64,000 bases of DNA from Felis catus. Lineage: Eukaryota. Each line of letters starts with the position of its first letter. Position 1 is the first letter of the stretch. The position numbers were made by a program, and so were the translations under genes. The DNA lies in the NCBI RefSeq assembly GCF_018350175.1, contig NC_058368.1, positions 62,064,001-62,128,000 of the forward strand, read 5' to 3'. The notes beneath the pieces were generated by a model. The model was given only the letters and a program-made list of their open reading frames with translations, did not search any database and had not been told where the DNA came from. Shown one piece after another: positions 51,191 to 64,000 of the stretch.

Positions 51191-54100
51191 ACTGTGAGCA
51201 CCATTAACTTTACATAACATTTAAGATTAATTTTTCCTCTTTATCCTCAAAGTTAATTCTAGTTCCTGAAACTTGTGCATCGTATCTGTTTATGTACTCT
51301 GTTTGTAAATTGTTCCTTGCAGAAAACATACATTTTCTATCATTTTAAGTGGATTATATAGTTGTACTGTCTTTGGATTTGTTCGTGAATGGTTTATTAT
51401 GTGTTTGACAGTTTATATCCTTAGGACTATATGTTGACTTCATGTATTTAACATGAAAATCAAAATATTAATTATTTTATTTATCTAATTATTTCATCAC
51501 ATGGATTTATTATATTCATTAAGAATTTGAACTAAGTATGAATTAATTGGAGTTAACATTTGGATAATTTGCAAATCAAATTGTTTTATTTCACATGCTT
51601 TTTATTTAAGACTTTTAATTTTACATTGAAAGCACTGGTGAAAAGCTTAACTTTTAAAATTAATTGATTTGCTATTATTTTAGAATAATCCAACAGATCA
51701 TTTTTTTTAATTTTGAAAGCCTTCACATAATTAATAGCTTTAGCTAATGGGCACGAATGACTAAAAATGGTTTTTCAAGTAAGTGCAGCAGTTAGGTGAG
51801 AAGACAGGAATAGCTTGAAGCACATTTGCATCTGGACGGAGAAAAAAATTGATTCATATTCTCTGCACTTGCTCTAATTCCTCATTTTCTCCTCATCCTA
51901 TATGAGGTTGATTAAATTAGGCCCTAGTGACAAATAGTCTCTTTAAGCCGTCATTCATTTAATGGGATAAAATAGTCCTAATAAGGGATATGGGTCATTT
52001 GTCATCTTCTCCAAACTCCCATCTGTGTGAGGGGCTGTCCCATAGGATCTGCATGCTTGTGAGTGCAGGCTGGGAGAGGGTGCTGGTGGATTACTCTTAG
52101 GTGGCTGACGGCATTATTAGAGAATACCAACGAATATGGTCAGGCTCTGCCTCAACCCTAAGACAGAGGAAGTCTCTGATCAAACAATCCATATGTTTGG
52201 GGGCTCTGCTTTCAGACCAATGGACTGGGAGCACTGCTTTAGGAGTCAAAGCCATCTGCATGGATTTGAGATATGATTTTTAGTGAGTGGAGAAGGGTGG
52301 ATTCAGAGCTTAGTTAGAAACATACTTAAGACAATAAATAGGAAAAAAAGGAACACAAAGAATTAGATAAAATGAGAGGAGATTCTAAAATCAATGGCAA
52401 ATTTTGATGACCTATTATGTTCTCTGAATCAAGTCCAAGAGATTTTTAACTCAAATTAATTTTCATTGGATGTATACCATATACAAATAATTATAATAAG
52501 CATACATCCATAAAACAAACAAACGCAAAGCATGAACTCTCCTGGAGTTTATGATCTGCAGAAGAAAGCATACTTACAGAATAATCATTAGGCCAGAGTA
52601 AGAGCTATAGAGATTTACGCAGAGGCCATACGCTTCATGATTATAGGAAATATGTCTCTTTGGTCATCAGTGTATCTCCAGGACCTGGCACTCTGTGGAT
52701 TTACAGTGATATTCACTGAGTTAAAATGAAGATATTTAGGACACATTGTGATACCAAACTTTAAATACCATGCTAAGGAGTAATAGTAGGGCTGGGGATG
52801 GATATAAGAGATGGTACTTTTTCATCTTTTGAATATACAGTCAATTCAAAGGTAGCTTCTGAAGGCTTGACTGACACTGCCCAGCCCCCGTTAATGTCTG
52901 TTGTGCAGGATACTGCAATATTGTTGACACACGCCTTCTTCCTGTCGTGTGGTGTCACTAGAGTAATCCCTGGTGTTATTCATAGCCTTGAGCTGACTTC
53001 TTTCATTTGTGGGTTCGTAAGACCACTCCTTTACCATATTTGGCTACACACTTTAATATAGCTCATAAAAATTCTAATTTATCTATCAATTTTATACCAA
53101 TTTTTATAACGATTTTACTAACAACCTCATTTTTGTTTAGTCCAATTGCTCAAGCAAATGTTCTTGACCAGGAGCTGAGAGAAAAGCGAAGTGATAGAAT
53201 CAGAGCCTTGCAGAACAATACGATCTGAAATCAGACGTTCCTTTGCATCCTCTTTGGTCTTGGGTCCTTCCATTTGTGTTGTTTTATCTATTTATTTATG
53301 TATCCATTCATTCATTCATCCATTCATTTTACTTTTCCAGGACAAAAATTATTTATCTTGTCACCATGGGTGGGCTATAGATGGTCCATGAACACTTTGA
53401 AAGATACATAGAGATTAATATGAATCTTTTATGAGGAAGAGTAGACAAGGATATTATAACTTTCTCAGGATTTCTGTGATTTGAAATTTAAGAAGTAAAA
53501 GGAATGAAGGAAGAAGTAAAGGAAGAAAAGGAGGAAGGGAAGGAAGGGAGGGGTGGTCCAGAAAAGAAAACAGCCGCAGAATATAAGAAAGTCTATATAG
53601 GATAAAGTAAACATTTTAAAATATGATGTGATCAGTTATAGCAAATATCTCCAAGTTTTAGCTAAATCTCAAGTAAGAAGTTTGTGAAATTTAAAGCAAT
53701 TTCACCAACGGTGAGAGGAATGTTATTGAAAGGAATTTAAAAATGTAAGTTATTATATCACTTTATCCCTTCAGTCACTTTTTATTATTAAGAAATAGTT
53801 CAGTTATGATCAGGTAATTCCCATTTTTTTGTATAGGAAAACAGCATTTTAGGAGAGTTTAAAAACTTATTCAGGATGTGTATGAAAATGTAAAGCCAGA
53901 AACAGAACTCTAGTCATGTGACCAGTAATTTCTTACTCATATCACTACAACTCTCATCCTGTTAGTATAAATTTGGTTTATTCACATTTTTCTTTGGTTT
54001 AATTCACTTTACTTAAATTCACAGTAACTTTCACTGTTGAGAATGTGTGCCAAAAAACAGTCTACTTTTTTGGCTGTACCCATATGAACAGACTGCCTCT

Positions 54101-55239
54101 TTGATAAAACAGAACAAATCAAAAGAAAAAAAAAAAAAGCACGACTTGATCAATGTACACTTGGGAGAAGTTCACAGTGTACAAATATAACTTTAAACCA
54201 GGTATTCAACCTTGTACAAATGAAACCTCAGTAGCATTCATTCCATTGAAGATAAAAATCAATAAAATATGTTTAATCTGGAAGAACTGTGCCTCTTTGA
54301 TTGTGTTACTTCAAAAGGTGTTGAAATTATGCAGAAGCAACAGTTTCATACATTTTTAAACTATTTTCAGAAGTTATCATGCTCTGGGATTATCTGTTCT
54401 TCTTCAGGTTTTTTGAATCATTATCCAAAATGTTTAGTAGTTTTCATCTTTCATCCTCCTGCCATGACAGTTACTTTATGACATAGTTAGACACCTGCTT
54501 CAGGCATGGCTTTCCTCGTGAGTAAGCTGACACCTAAGAATCATTGTAAAGGTAACAGGTAGGCTATCTTTGTTTAAAAAAAATCTCTTCATTCCTTGTG
54601 ACAAATACTTGGATTCCAATAAATCATTTACTCAAATTAAACATTGCTAGAAATGAAAACTGATGGGCACATTTACAAATCATTTGTCCACTAGCATGAA
54701 AGAGTACATGTATTTTTCCCTGAAAATGTATCTTTTATAAGAATTAGGAGGCCTGGCATATGTGGAGAATGGGGTTGGAAGTTATTTCAAGGTTTAGTGT
54801 GTTTTTGAAAGCTATGAGGTATCAATCAGCCACACACACAGACACAAACACACATACACGCAAAGTCCACAAGACATTACATGGAACAGGAAATAAAATG
54901 AAAATGAAAACAGAATATGAACCGATGTTTTGATAATCTTATTATCATTGTATTAAAATTTTTCTAGTCTCCCCAAACTCCAAGAATTCGTTTCTTAAGA
55001 GCAATAAGCAATATCAACTCTATGGAAATAAGCAGGAAGTCAAGCATACAACAGACTTTGGATACACCCAATTTGTCAGCATTAATCCATTTTTATATAA
55101 CTTTGTCAATTTAACTCATACACACGATTTTTCAGAAGCTATAGAGTTTGCAATCCACGTTACCCTCACATTCTTCAGGACAGTACTGCAACACTGGTGT
55201 CATACCCCATTCTTTTTCTACTTCAGGGTTATCTTTATT

Positions 55240-56390
55240 TGGATGTAATACCAGGCAGGAATGCTTTAATCACAAGTCACAGAAGAACTGAGTAACAGAA
55301 ACTCATGATTTTCTCATGTAGGGAAGGAAAAACAGTTTTCCCTCACTCTTTTTAATTCTTAGCTATGAAACCTATAATAAAACCAGATTAACAAGAGAAA
55401 AGTAAACAGAAGATTGTTAACATGTACACCTAATGTATACATGGTCAATATCCAGGAAAGAACAGGTGTAACTCTCTGAAGTGACTTACATTTAAGTTTA
55501 AATATCATCTTAATAAGGACAGGGGGGTGGGAGATGTACATAGCCCCCTTGGGGTAGAGTAAATGATTTTTAAGAGATACAAATCACCCTCAGAAAAGCA
55601 GATGGGAGATATGATGGCTTGTGACTAAGTCTGTCTAAGTGTGGTGTCCATTTCTGGTATCCTAGAAGCTATGATGAGAGTCAATCTTCCCTGGTTGATG
55701 AAACTCTTGGGGAGGGGATTTATGACAACTTAGTTTCTTTTGGAGGATCTGTTTTTAGGCGGATAAGAGGAATTCAGAGAAAGCCATTTGCTCCATTTTT
55801 TTAAGTGCCTACAGCTCAAAATAATCAGTACACCCAAGCAGCACATTCTGGGGGTGGGAGGCACATTTTCCTACCCTTCACTCACATAAAATTTGCAGGC
55901 AGTTGTTTGTCGTTTGGATGCAGCAGTCTTGTGAAGTACTTAAGGTACCAGACACCCTGTATGTGTTTATTCTGAAATCCTCAGAGACTTGAAATGTGTT
56001 CTATTATTTCACGATCACATGAACATTGTAATTATCCTCTGTTATTGCATCCTTAAATCGTGTTCAAAGAGAAGAAAAAAAGTGGACTGCAGAAATTAGT
56101 TATCCTCATGATATGTCTGCTATCAGAAAGCAATAACTTCCTACAAACCACTCTCTATGCCCTGCAGATTTCCCTTTATGCTGTATTTGCCAGAACCTGG
56201 TCACGTGGCCACCCCTGGCTATAAGGGAAAGCGGATACATGAATATCTGGTAGAGGAGAATGGGCTTACTATAATTGCTCAAGATTCATCAAGATATATC
56301 CCTGTGGTGAGGGAATTAGTGACCCTAAATGAAACTGGGCTTTAGTTGGCAAGGAAGGAGAGAGAGAGCAGCTTAATGTTTACCACAAAT
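55240..56390 (-). mobile_element. Old MaLR LTR (MLT1J/K-like) split by a MER34-type LTR
   Basis: cagatttccctttatgctgtatttgccagaacctggtcacgtggccacccctggctataaggg typical of antisense MLT1; left piece 55240-55316 continues at 55885. Confidence 0.6.
55317..55880 (-). mobile_element. MER34-type ERV1 solo LTR
   Basis: Reverse-complement homolog of 47345-47948; perfect 4-bp TSD ctca at 55313-55316 and 55881-55884. Confidence 0.9.
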
Positions 56391-57681
56391 GAATATAATT
56401 CTTTAGAGGAAACTGATGGTTTTCCATTCGAAATATTTGTGATATATTACTCTGTTCTCTTGAAACCAATATAAAATATGAATAAATATATTGTCTCACT
56501 AAAATTTCAATGGTAAATAGAGCTGACCTAGTATTGAGGCAGGAGTGTTCTGCCATATCACTCCATCGCATTCCTTCATGGAGTTTTATTTCTTTGAGAT
56601 GAGGAGACATCTGGATATATGCATTTCAACCAAGAAAGGAGAATGGTATTTATTTGCACATACATTTGTCAGCCAGTAAGATAGTAACTTGAACATATGT
56701 TTCACATTTAATTCTCAAAATAATAAGTTAGACATTTATGAGCATATACATTTTGCATAGCAATAAATTGAGATTCAGAAATGTTAAGTAATGCATCCTT
56801 ATGTAATGTTTTATGAGTAAAAACATCAACAGACCTTAGAAGAGTTTCAATACATGAGTTCTTCTCACATCATTTGGAACACTTTCATATCACTGTACCA
56901 GATTTCACATTGATAGAGATTGTTTTCAGATCACACTTTTAATGATATCTGCTAAATGAATTAAGGTACGATTGGATATTGGTGCATAAACAAATATGAG
57001 CAAATAAGAAGATACGCTCCTTTGTTTGTTCATATGATAAATGACTTTTGAGCATGTAGTCGACTGTTTTAAACACTCAAAATACTAAAATCAATAAAAA
57101 TATATTTGATAAAAACCCTTTCCAAAAGGCCTTCAGGTTAGAGAGGTAGACAAAGGGCACTGCCATTTTTCATAAATATTATGGAAGGGATGTTCTCATG
57201 GTAGCATCAAAACAATGAGAGTACCTTCTAAGCCTGCCATGTGCTTCTTGGTTATTTACATATCTGAACAGAGACAGCTCTGTGTGTGGCAAGGATGGGG
57301 TGGGGTGTGGAGTTGCAGGTGGGAGAGGGCACTATAGTGGTATGTCCTGGCCATGGCAAGAATACTTGAAAACAGAAAGAGGCTGGAGATTACATGGTCT
57401 AGAGACCAAGAAACATTAGGATTTAAGTACAGCTCAAGTATAAATAGTACAAATAGGGATATGAGTATGGACAGGCATAGACGATCTAATACACTGTGTA
57501 GAGACTTTGCACTTTTATTTTTCAAGGTTATGTGAAATCACAGGAGTGAGCTCTATTATACTTGTTTATTAGCTAGGTTATTCCTGGTGTTTAGTAGAAA
57601 ATGGATATGTGGTTAATCAGAATATAGGCAGGGAGACCAGTTGCAGAAAACTAGATAAAAGCTGTTGAAAATGACATGTGT

Positions 57682-57910
57682 GGGAGCGCCTGGGTGGCTA
57701 AGTGGGTTGAGCATCTGACTTCGGCTCAAGTCATGATCTCACGGCTTGTGAGTTCAAGCCCTGTGTAGGGCTCTGTGCTGACAGCTCAGAGACTGGAGCC
57801 TGCTTTGGATTCTGTGTCCTTCTCTTGCTCTGCTTCTCCCCTGCTCATGTTCTCTCTCTCTGTCTCTCTCTCTCAAGAATAAATAAACATTAAATATTTA
57901 AAAAGAAAGA
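57682..57910 (+). mobile_element. CAN-SINE
   Basis: Degenerate TSD aaatga(c/g)at(g/a)tgtggg on both sides. Confidence 0.93.
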
Positions 57911-60787
57911 AAATGAGATATGTGGGTAGATTCAGAGAGGGTAAAATGTCTAGATATAGGAGACTATATCCACAACTCTATTATGCTTATATTTATTATT
58001 ATTTTAAAATATGTGTTATATGTGAGTTTATAACTCTATACTCTAGCACTGTTGTTGTTCTTGCATTAGCCCTAGCTCAGAGTTCCTGCTCAGGATCCTA
58101 TGTGTGATAGAAATATAAGCAGTCACATCTTCATTAAGTTCTGAAAAATTCATGCCTTTAACTCTTGTAATGTTGTATTTCCCTCATTCTGTTAGTCTGA
58201 AATTCCTGCTCCACAAATTTTTGACAGAGACATTATGAGACTTTCTAATCCTGCAGTAGATTTTCATAAGTATACTGTGATAAGCATTGAAATACCAAAA
58301 TTATTTTTAATTGTCAAGCGGGTAACTCTTGAAGAGGTGTATATTTTGATAATTTCTATTCTTCCCCTTTATGATAATATTAGGTCCCATATAATTTGGA
58401 GAGACGTCTAGAAGAGTTAGCGTTCTAACTTTTATTAGGAATTGGATTAACACAATTTCAGCACTTTGTAACATATAACAATGGGTCCTACCATTATTTT
58501 AGCTTCTGCATAAAGGATGTAGATCACGAAAATCTGACCAACTTCATGTCTACTTGCCTGGGGAAATAGTTTACATATATCAGAGTTGTGTTATTAGTGT
58601 GGTCATCCATTTTATTCTACTTGGGTCTAAGACCAAGTGCTAGTTCTGAACTAGTGCTGAATGTGTGGGTTCTTTTATAATCACATATGCAAATTTATAA
58701 AAGTAATTCACAAAATTTCAAGTTTACAAATATCATGTAATCAAGATATATACAGATTTCTCTACTCGGAATGAATAATATCAATCCACACAATTATTAT
58801 AATGAAATGTGGTTTCAATAGTAGCCTCCAGGAAAGAGTTTCCAAGTGCAATTATTTGATATCCACCAACACCACTACTCAACACCAATACTATGTGCTT
58901 CACCAAGCCATGTGGTTTTAGGGTTAGAACATTCACCTGACATGATTTTATTTTTGTGAGTGCCACACCCCTTTGCCTCTTCCTGAGATTTCTGTAATTT
59001 TCTGCAACCATAGGAAGCTCAGTATGGTTTTCTTTTTAGCTCTAATATGTTTGCATATAATCTTTTGGTTTTCTGGGTCACTTATATTTTCCCCAGCTCT
59101 CTGGGCCTAAGAGCTAGCAAGAAGCAACCCCACTCCCCAACCTCCCCACACCCATACACACATGTATTTTCCTTGAAAGCCTATAGAGCCAGAGGCATAG
59201 TTTCCAACCACTGAATTAAGTCCTCTGTAATAGCCACTATTCTCTAGTAGTACCTGACAGAAAGTCGATGCAAACTAGCTCAAGTTCAAAATGAGATTTA
59301 TTGGTCCACATATCCAGGAAGGGCAAAGGTGATACTGAGGTTGAATGGAACTGGAAAACTGAATGTCTTCAGGATTCTCTCTGCATTAGTCTTTTATGAT
59401 TTCCTTCCTACGTTATTTTAGCTGTATTTTAGAGCAGTCAAGGCTATCTGCATTAGGATATGTTGCTGGTAGTTCTGAATTCACACTAACAATTTCATGG
59501 CCTGTCAGGAAAAACCTTTCCCACTAGTTGTACTCACTAAACCTTGGAGAATGAATCAGGTATTCTAGTTTGGATCCTGTTCATCTCCTGAATTCGAGAC
59601 ATGGTTGGCATTTTTTTAACAGAATAAGAATGGACGACACGTGAGACAAACCACACACACAAGTGCACACACGTGTGTGCTTACATGAGTTCAAGAAATC
59701 TCCAGCTCCATACTTCCAGAAATTATCAGAGCTTCTGTGTCATCACCTGATGTTCTCTGGTTTGGCTTTCATCTTTCATTTACCTTTTGCATGCTGTAAT
59801 ACAAGTATTATAAAGTCTGTCTGTGGTGTGGGAACTTATTTTAATAAAACATACCTTTCAGGAATACTGCTCTTAATATTAATGCTTCCTCGAACAATCC
59901 TTTCCTTTTATCCTATCATCTGTTACAGTGTCTTCCACATAAATACAAAAGAGACTTCACTTTTGCCTACTCTCTTATTACTGACATTCCTACATAAAAG
60001 GGTGCCAAATATAGCTGTGCAAGTTGGAAATGCCACATTTCTAGGGGGTGCTATTTACCTAGAGTATGAAGTAACTGGTTTCTCCATGAGTTCAAATATA
60101 ATCAAATATTTATCCATTGTTATTGAAAATTGTTTAGTACAAGAATATAATTAACTCCAAATGTTGGGTATTTAAGCTTTCTATTGAACATTCTTAGCCT
60201 TTGATACTCATGATACTCAAAGTAAGTCAAAAAGTTATTTCACTTATTGCCCAGTATTGGGTCTCTGATTCTTATAATACGCCCAAGGTTAAGGTCTTAC
60301 ATTTGAGTTCTTGTCATACCTGTTAACAGATACAAACCTTGTAGGAATTAATATTGAAAGTATGAAGGCTAAAAAATTCTTCCCAATCTTTCTTTATTTT
60401 CATAAAGGATAAAGGAACAACCAATATCATCAGGAAATTCTAATAAGGCTGTGTTCATTTTTCTGTATTTCTGAACATTCAGTGAAACCCTGGGGATTTA
60501 AACATGAGTAGTGTTTTTGCTTTGTGTTATTAGCAACCTCAATATTTTCCAATGGCACTATAAAGCTAATAAGTAACTCAAAGAATACTCTGGAATATTT
60601 GTTTTCTCTGTTGTTATCATTTTCCTACTTAATAATGTAGCTTTTGGTAATTAGAACGTGGTGAAGATATGCACCATATAATTATTCAAAAAAGTTCTAG
60701 ATTAGTACCTCAAATATATCTGTATAAAGTTTTCTGATCCAAAGATTAGATAGTTCCTTTATGTTTATTTTAAGAATTTGCCTCTTC

Positions 60788-61002
60788 GGGGCACCTGGGT
60801 GGCTCAGTCGGCTGAGCGTCTGACTTCGGCTCAGGTCATGATCTCACGGCCCGTGAGTTCGAGCCCCGTGTCGGGCTCTGTGCTGACAGCTCAGAGCCTG
60901 GAGCCTGCTTCAGATTCTGTGTCTCCCTCTCTCTCTGACCCTCCCCCGTTCATGCTCTCTCTCTGTCTCAAAAATAAATAAACATTAAAAAAATTTTAAA
61001 AA
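60788..61002 (+). mobile_element. CAN-SINE (SINEC_Fc-type)
   Basis: TSD aagaatt(t/a)gcctctt at 60772-60786 and 61003-61017. Confidence 0.96.
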
Positions 61003-61024
61003 AAGAATTAGCCTCTTAAAAAAG

Positions 61025-61815
61025 GTCAGATATTGACAAATGTCAGCAGGTATATGAAAGGTGTTCAACATCATGACTCATCAGGGAAATGCAAATTGAA
61101 ACCACAATGGGCTATCACCTCCTACCTATTAGGATGGTTATAATCAGAAAGATAATAGATAACAAATGTTGGCAAGGATGAAGAAAAAGAAGAATTCTTA
61201 TACACTGTTAATAGGAATGTCAATTGGTACCACCACTCTGGAAAGCAGTATGGAGGTTCTTCAAGAAAGTATAATAGAATTGCTATGTGATCCTGCAATG
61301 TCACTTCGTTCGGGTATTACATCTAAAGGAAACAAAATGTCTTGAAGAGACATCTCTTATGTTGAAGAGATATTTCTACTCCCCTGTTCCTACTCAATTG
61401 TTCATAACAGGTATGGTATAACCTAAGGATCTGTTTATGAATATACCAATGAAGGAAAAAAATATATATATATATACACACATACATATGTAATGAAATG
61501 TTATTCAGCCTTAAAAAAGAAGACTATCTTGCCATTTGTGACAACATGGATTAACCTGGTGGGCATTATGCTAGGTGAAATAAACCAGACAGGGGAAGAT
61601 AAATACTGCATGGTATTGCTTATGTGTAAAGTCTTCAAAAAAATACAAGGGAAATAGATGAAGTGTTGGACATGTTAATTAACTCTCTGGAGAAAATCCT
61701 TTTATAGTGTATGGATACATGAAATCATCATGTTGTAAACTTTAAATATGTTATAATTTTATTTGTCAAATATATCTCAAGAAAGCTGAAATAAAGAAAC
61801 TGAAAAGCAAAAAAC
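61025..61815 (+). mobile_element. L1 3' end (ORF2 C-terminus and 3' UTR)
   Basis: catcagggaaatgcaaattgaaaccacaatg, gccatttgtgacaacatgga, ttttatttgtcaaatatatctcaagaaagctgaa, then A-rich tail. Confidence 0.9.
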
Positions 61816-62229
61816 AATGCATAGCAGGTAAATTTGGAGAATTTTATATCTAAAATATCTTCATTTTACCTTAATATTTGATCAATGATTTAGCTTCTGG
61901 GTATTCTGAGGGTAGGTCAAAGGAGACTAAGCATGTCTGGCCACCTATTTGTGTTAAAAAGGGGTTTTCCTTGTTCATATGGAAACAGAAAATGATGCAG
62001 ACCTCTGGGACTCTTAACTTACAGCGTTAGAGTGCTTGAAAGGAGGACTTTTAGAACCTTTGGGTCTGGAACATTGACATGATCTTTGTTATTCTTAATC
62101 TATCATTTCTATGTTTTAGTTTCCTCTCTTTAATGATTTAGAAAAATATTATTTTTCTCCTACAGTTGGGTTGATTATGAGGTAGGATCATATTTGGCAC
62201 AAACATAGCATAATTGGAGGTTGGAGGGA

Positions 62230-62485
62230 TATTGGTTAAGAACTTGGGCGGAGGAATCAGGATTTCTGGATCTGAAACTCAGTGCATCATGTGCTTGGTT
62301 GTTATGAAGTTTGAAAAGTTATACAACGTCTCTAAACCTCAATTATTCACCTGGAAAATGAGGATAACAGTAGCTTCCTCATAGTATGGTTGCAAGATTT
62401 GCATATGCAATAGAATTGTTTATAAAATATTCAGCATACTACTGAGCACAAAGTAAAGTGCAGTAAGTATTACCCACTATTACCA
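62230..62485 (+). mobile_element. MIR, near full length
   Basis: tggttaagaacttggg...ctctaaacctcaattattcacctggaaaatgaggataacagtagcttcctcatag...agtaagtattacc. Confidence 0.75.
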
Positions 62486-63702
62486 TTTATAAAAACAGTC
62501 TAGTCAAATATTGAGGAGTTTGACATAATCACTCAAATATGTGAAGTTCTTGGAGTTCTCACATTCTATTTGCTAATATTTTAAGTCCCATGGCCATAAC
62601 CTAGCTAGGTAACATCTAAGATTTTGTTTTTAATGGTGACGTTAATTGAAACACTGCTGTGAACATTCTTGTCAGTATTTGATATGGAATAATATCAAAC
62701 GGATAGACCATTTCAAATGTTTGAACCAAATATACCACCAGAGAGCTACATTAGACATATATTGCAAGCAAACTGTAGCATCTCATGACTAGCATCATGG
62801 AAAAACTATGAGACTGGTTTTTAACTATCGTCATTATATAGTTCTTTTTCGAGGAAATTGAAGACTGACAACCTTGTTTCCATCTGGAAACATCTAACAT
62901 CTGTGCTTGTAAACATCAAAACACAGCTGTTGTAGCTCTGAGTAACCACTCCAATTTATTTATTTTTGACTTAAAAAAATCTTCAGTTTTCATCAAACAT
63001 CACAGTTGTTAAGCTATGTTCTTACAGCGGGAGGAAAAACAATTACGAGAAATCACTATATCAAACATTTTAAGAACAATACTCTTTCTTCTATTTCATT
63101 TAAAGGAGATACAATCTCCCATCAATTAAAAAATGTATTTTATTGTGGGTGTGCCTATTTTTGGAAACCACAGTATTTAAAGCCACCAGGAGGTCAGAGA
63201 TCCCAAGTGCATTTTATAGTTAAAATATTATAAAACATTTTCAGTGGGGCCAAATTGGGCAACTCGAAGTCAGGTGGTGACAACACCAAGAGCAAAAGAA
63301 TCTTATTCTAGTGTTTTTGCATATAATACATAGGTATGCCACATTAACTTTAATAAGGGAACTTTTTACTAAAAAATAAGTGCATTTTGGTATAATACTG
63401 AGTTTTAGTTGTATATGATTCTAAAAATGATTTCATATGAATAATATGTTAAAGTTAATTTTCCTACATTATACGTGTGGATAGTATTAATAACACTAAA
63501 ACTTGAATTGTTTTTACAATTGTTAATCACAGTTCTAATTCTGTTTCAGCTACATTAGCTCCCTAACTGCTCGCTCACCATCTGCAGCCAGTGAGATGGG
63601 GAAAAATGTCCTTCAGCTATAGTCCTTCCAGGATGCCCACTGGGTTCGATTTCCCACTCTCCCATCAAAGCCATCGAAGGTGTGAGGTTTCTGATATCTT
63701 AC

Positions 63703-63896
63703 CTTATGCATTGCCTCTACATTTAAGTCCAGGCTCTTCGGATGGATTCCTTGTTTGGACTTCCTATCCGTTTTGCTTCAGTCAAGCATACAGTCATCTC
63801 AGGCCGCGGGCGCCACAGTCTGCAGGCAGGCACCACCACATCAGGGCTCAGCCTAAATTCCTGTTGCCAGGCTCTAGGCTGCATACTACCATTTGT
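63703..63896 (-). other. Candidate 194-nt non-coding or UTR exon
   Basis: Minus-strand acceptor cccctttctcccttccAG|A and donor AAG|GTAAGA bracket a GC-richer non-repeat block; stops in all three frames. Confidence 0.35.
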
Positions 63897-64000
63897 CTGG
63901 AAGGGAGAAAGGGGTAGAATTTTCTTAACTTGAAAAACTTGGGATCTTTTCATTGTTTCCCTATTTAGGACACAGTTGAATAGTGACACCAGTCCAGAAA

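Noticed and set aside
52773..53391. Cluster of short ORFs in unique sequence
   Set aside because: No recognisable homology, no convincing splice-site pair, lengths expected by chance.
59665..59680. 16-bp perfect palindrome gcacacacgtgtgtgc
   Set aside because: Junction of (CA)n and (TG)n microsatellite; low complexity.
59663..60154. Longest ORF in the window (163 aa)
   Set aside because: Starts at GTG inside a CA-rich tract; Leu/Ile/Phe/Ser-rich composition typical of random AT-rich frames; no domain recognised.

Overview
AT-rich mammalian genomic DNA from a cat-like carnivore, judged by 19 tRNA-derived CAN-SINEs, several of the young feline SINEC_Fc type. I found no credible host protein-coding exon; the ORF track is almost entirely SINE-, L1- or LTR-derived or chance ORFs. 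The window is a layered transposable-element record: L1, L2, MIR, hAT (MER5, Charlie1), Tigger, MaLR/MLT2 LTRs and several ERV1 solo LTRs. The main structure is a complete two-LTR class I (gamma-like) provirus on the minus strand (32378-38829, 4-bp TSD ATCC, LTRs about 12-13% diverged by hand count). It has decayed gag-matrix and env-TM (immunosuppressive domain) remnants and no recognisable pol. It interrupts an old L1 ORF2 and itself carries a later SINE. An older ERVL-class pol fossil with its 3' LTR lies just upstream (~26750-30448). Unique-sequence candidates are a well-bounded non-coding exon (63703-63896, minus) and motif-dense possible enhancers near 51.8-54.6 kb. Repeat family names come from recalled consensus similarity, not a database search. 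I cannot support a claim of a new biological system.
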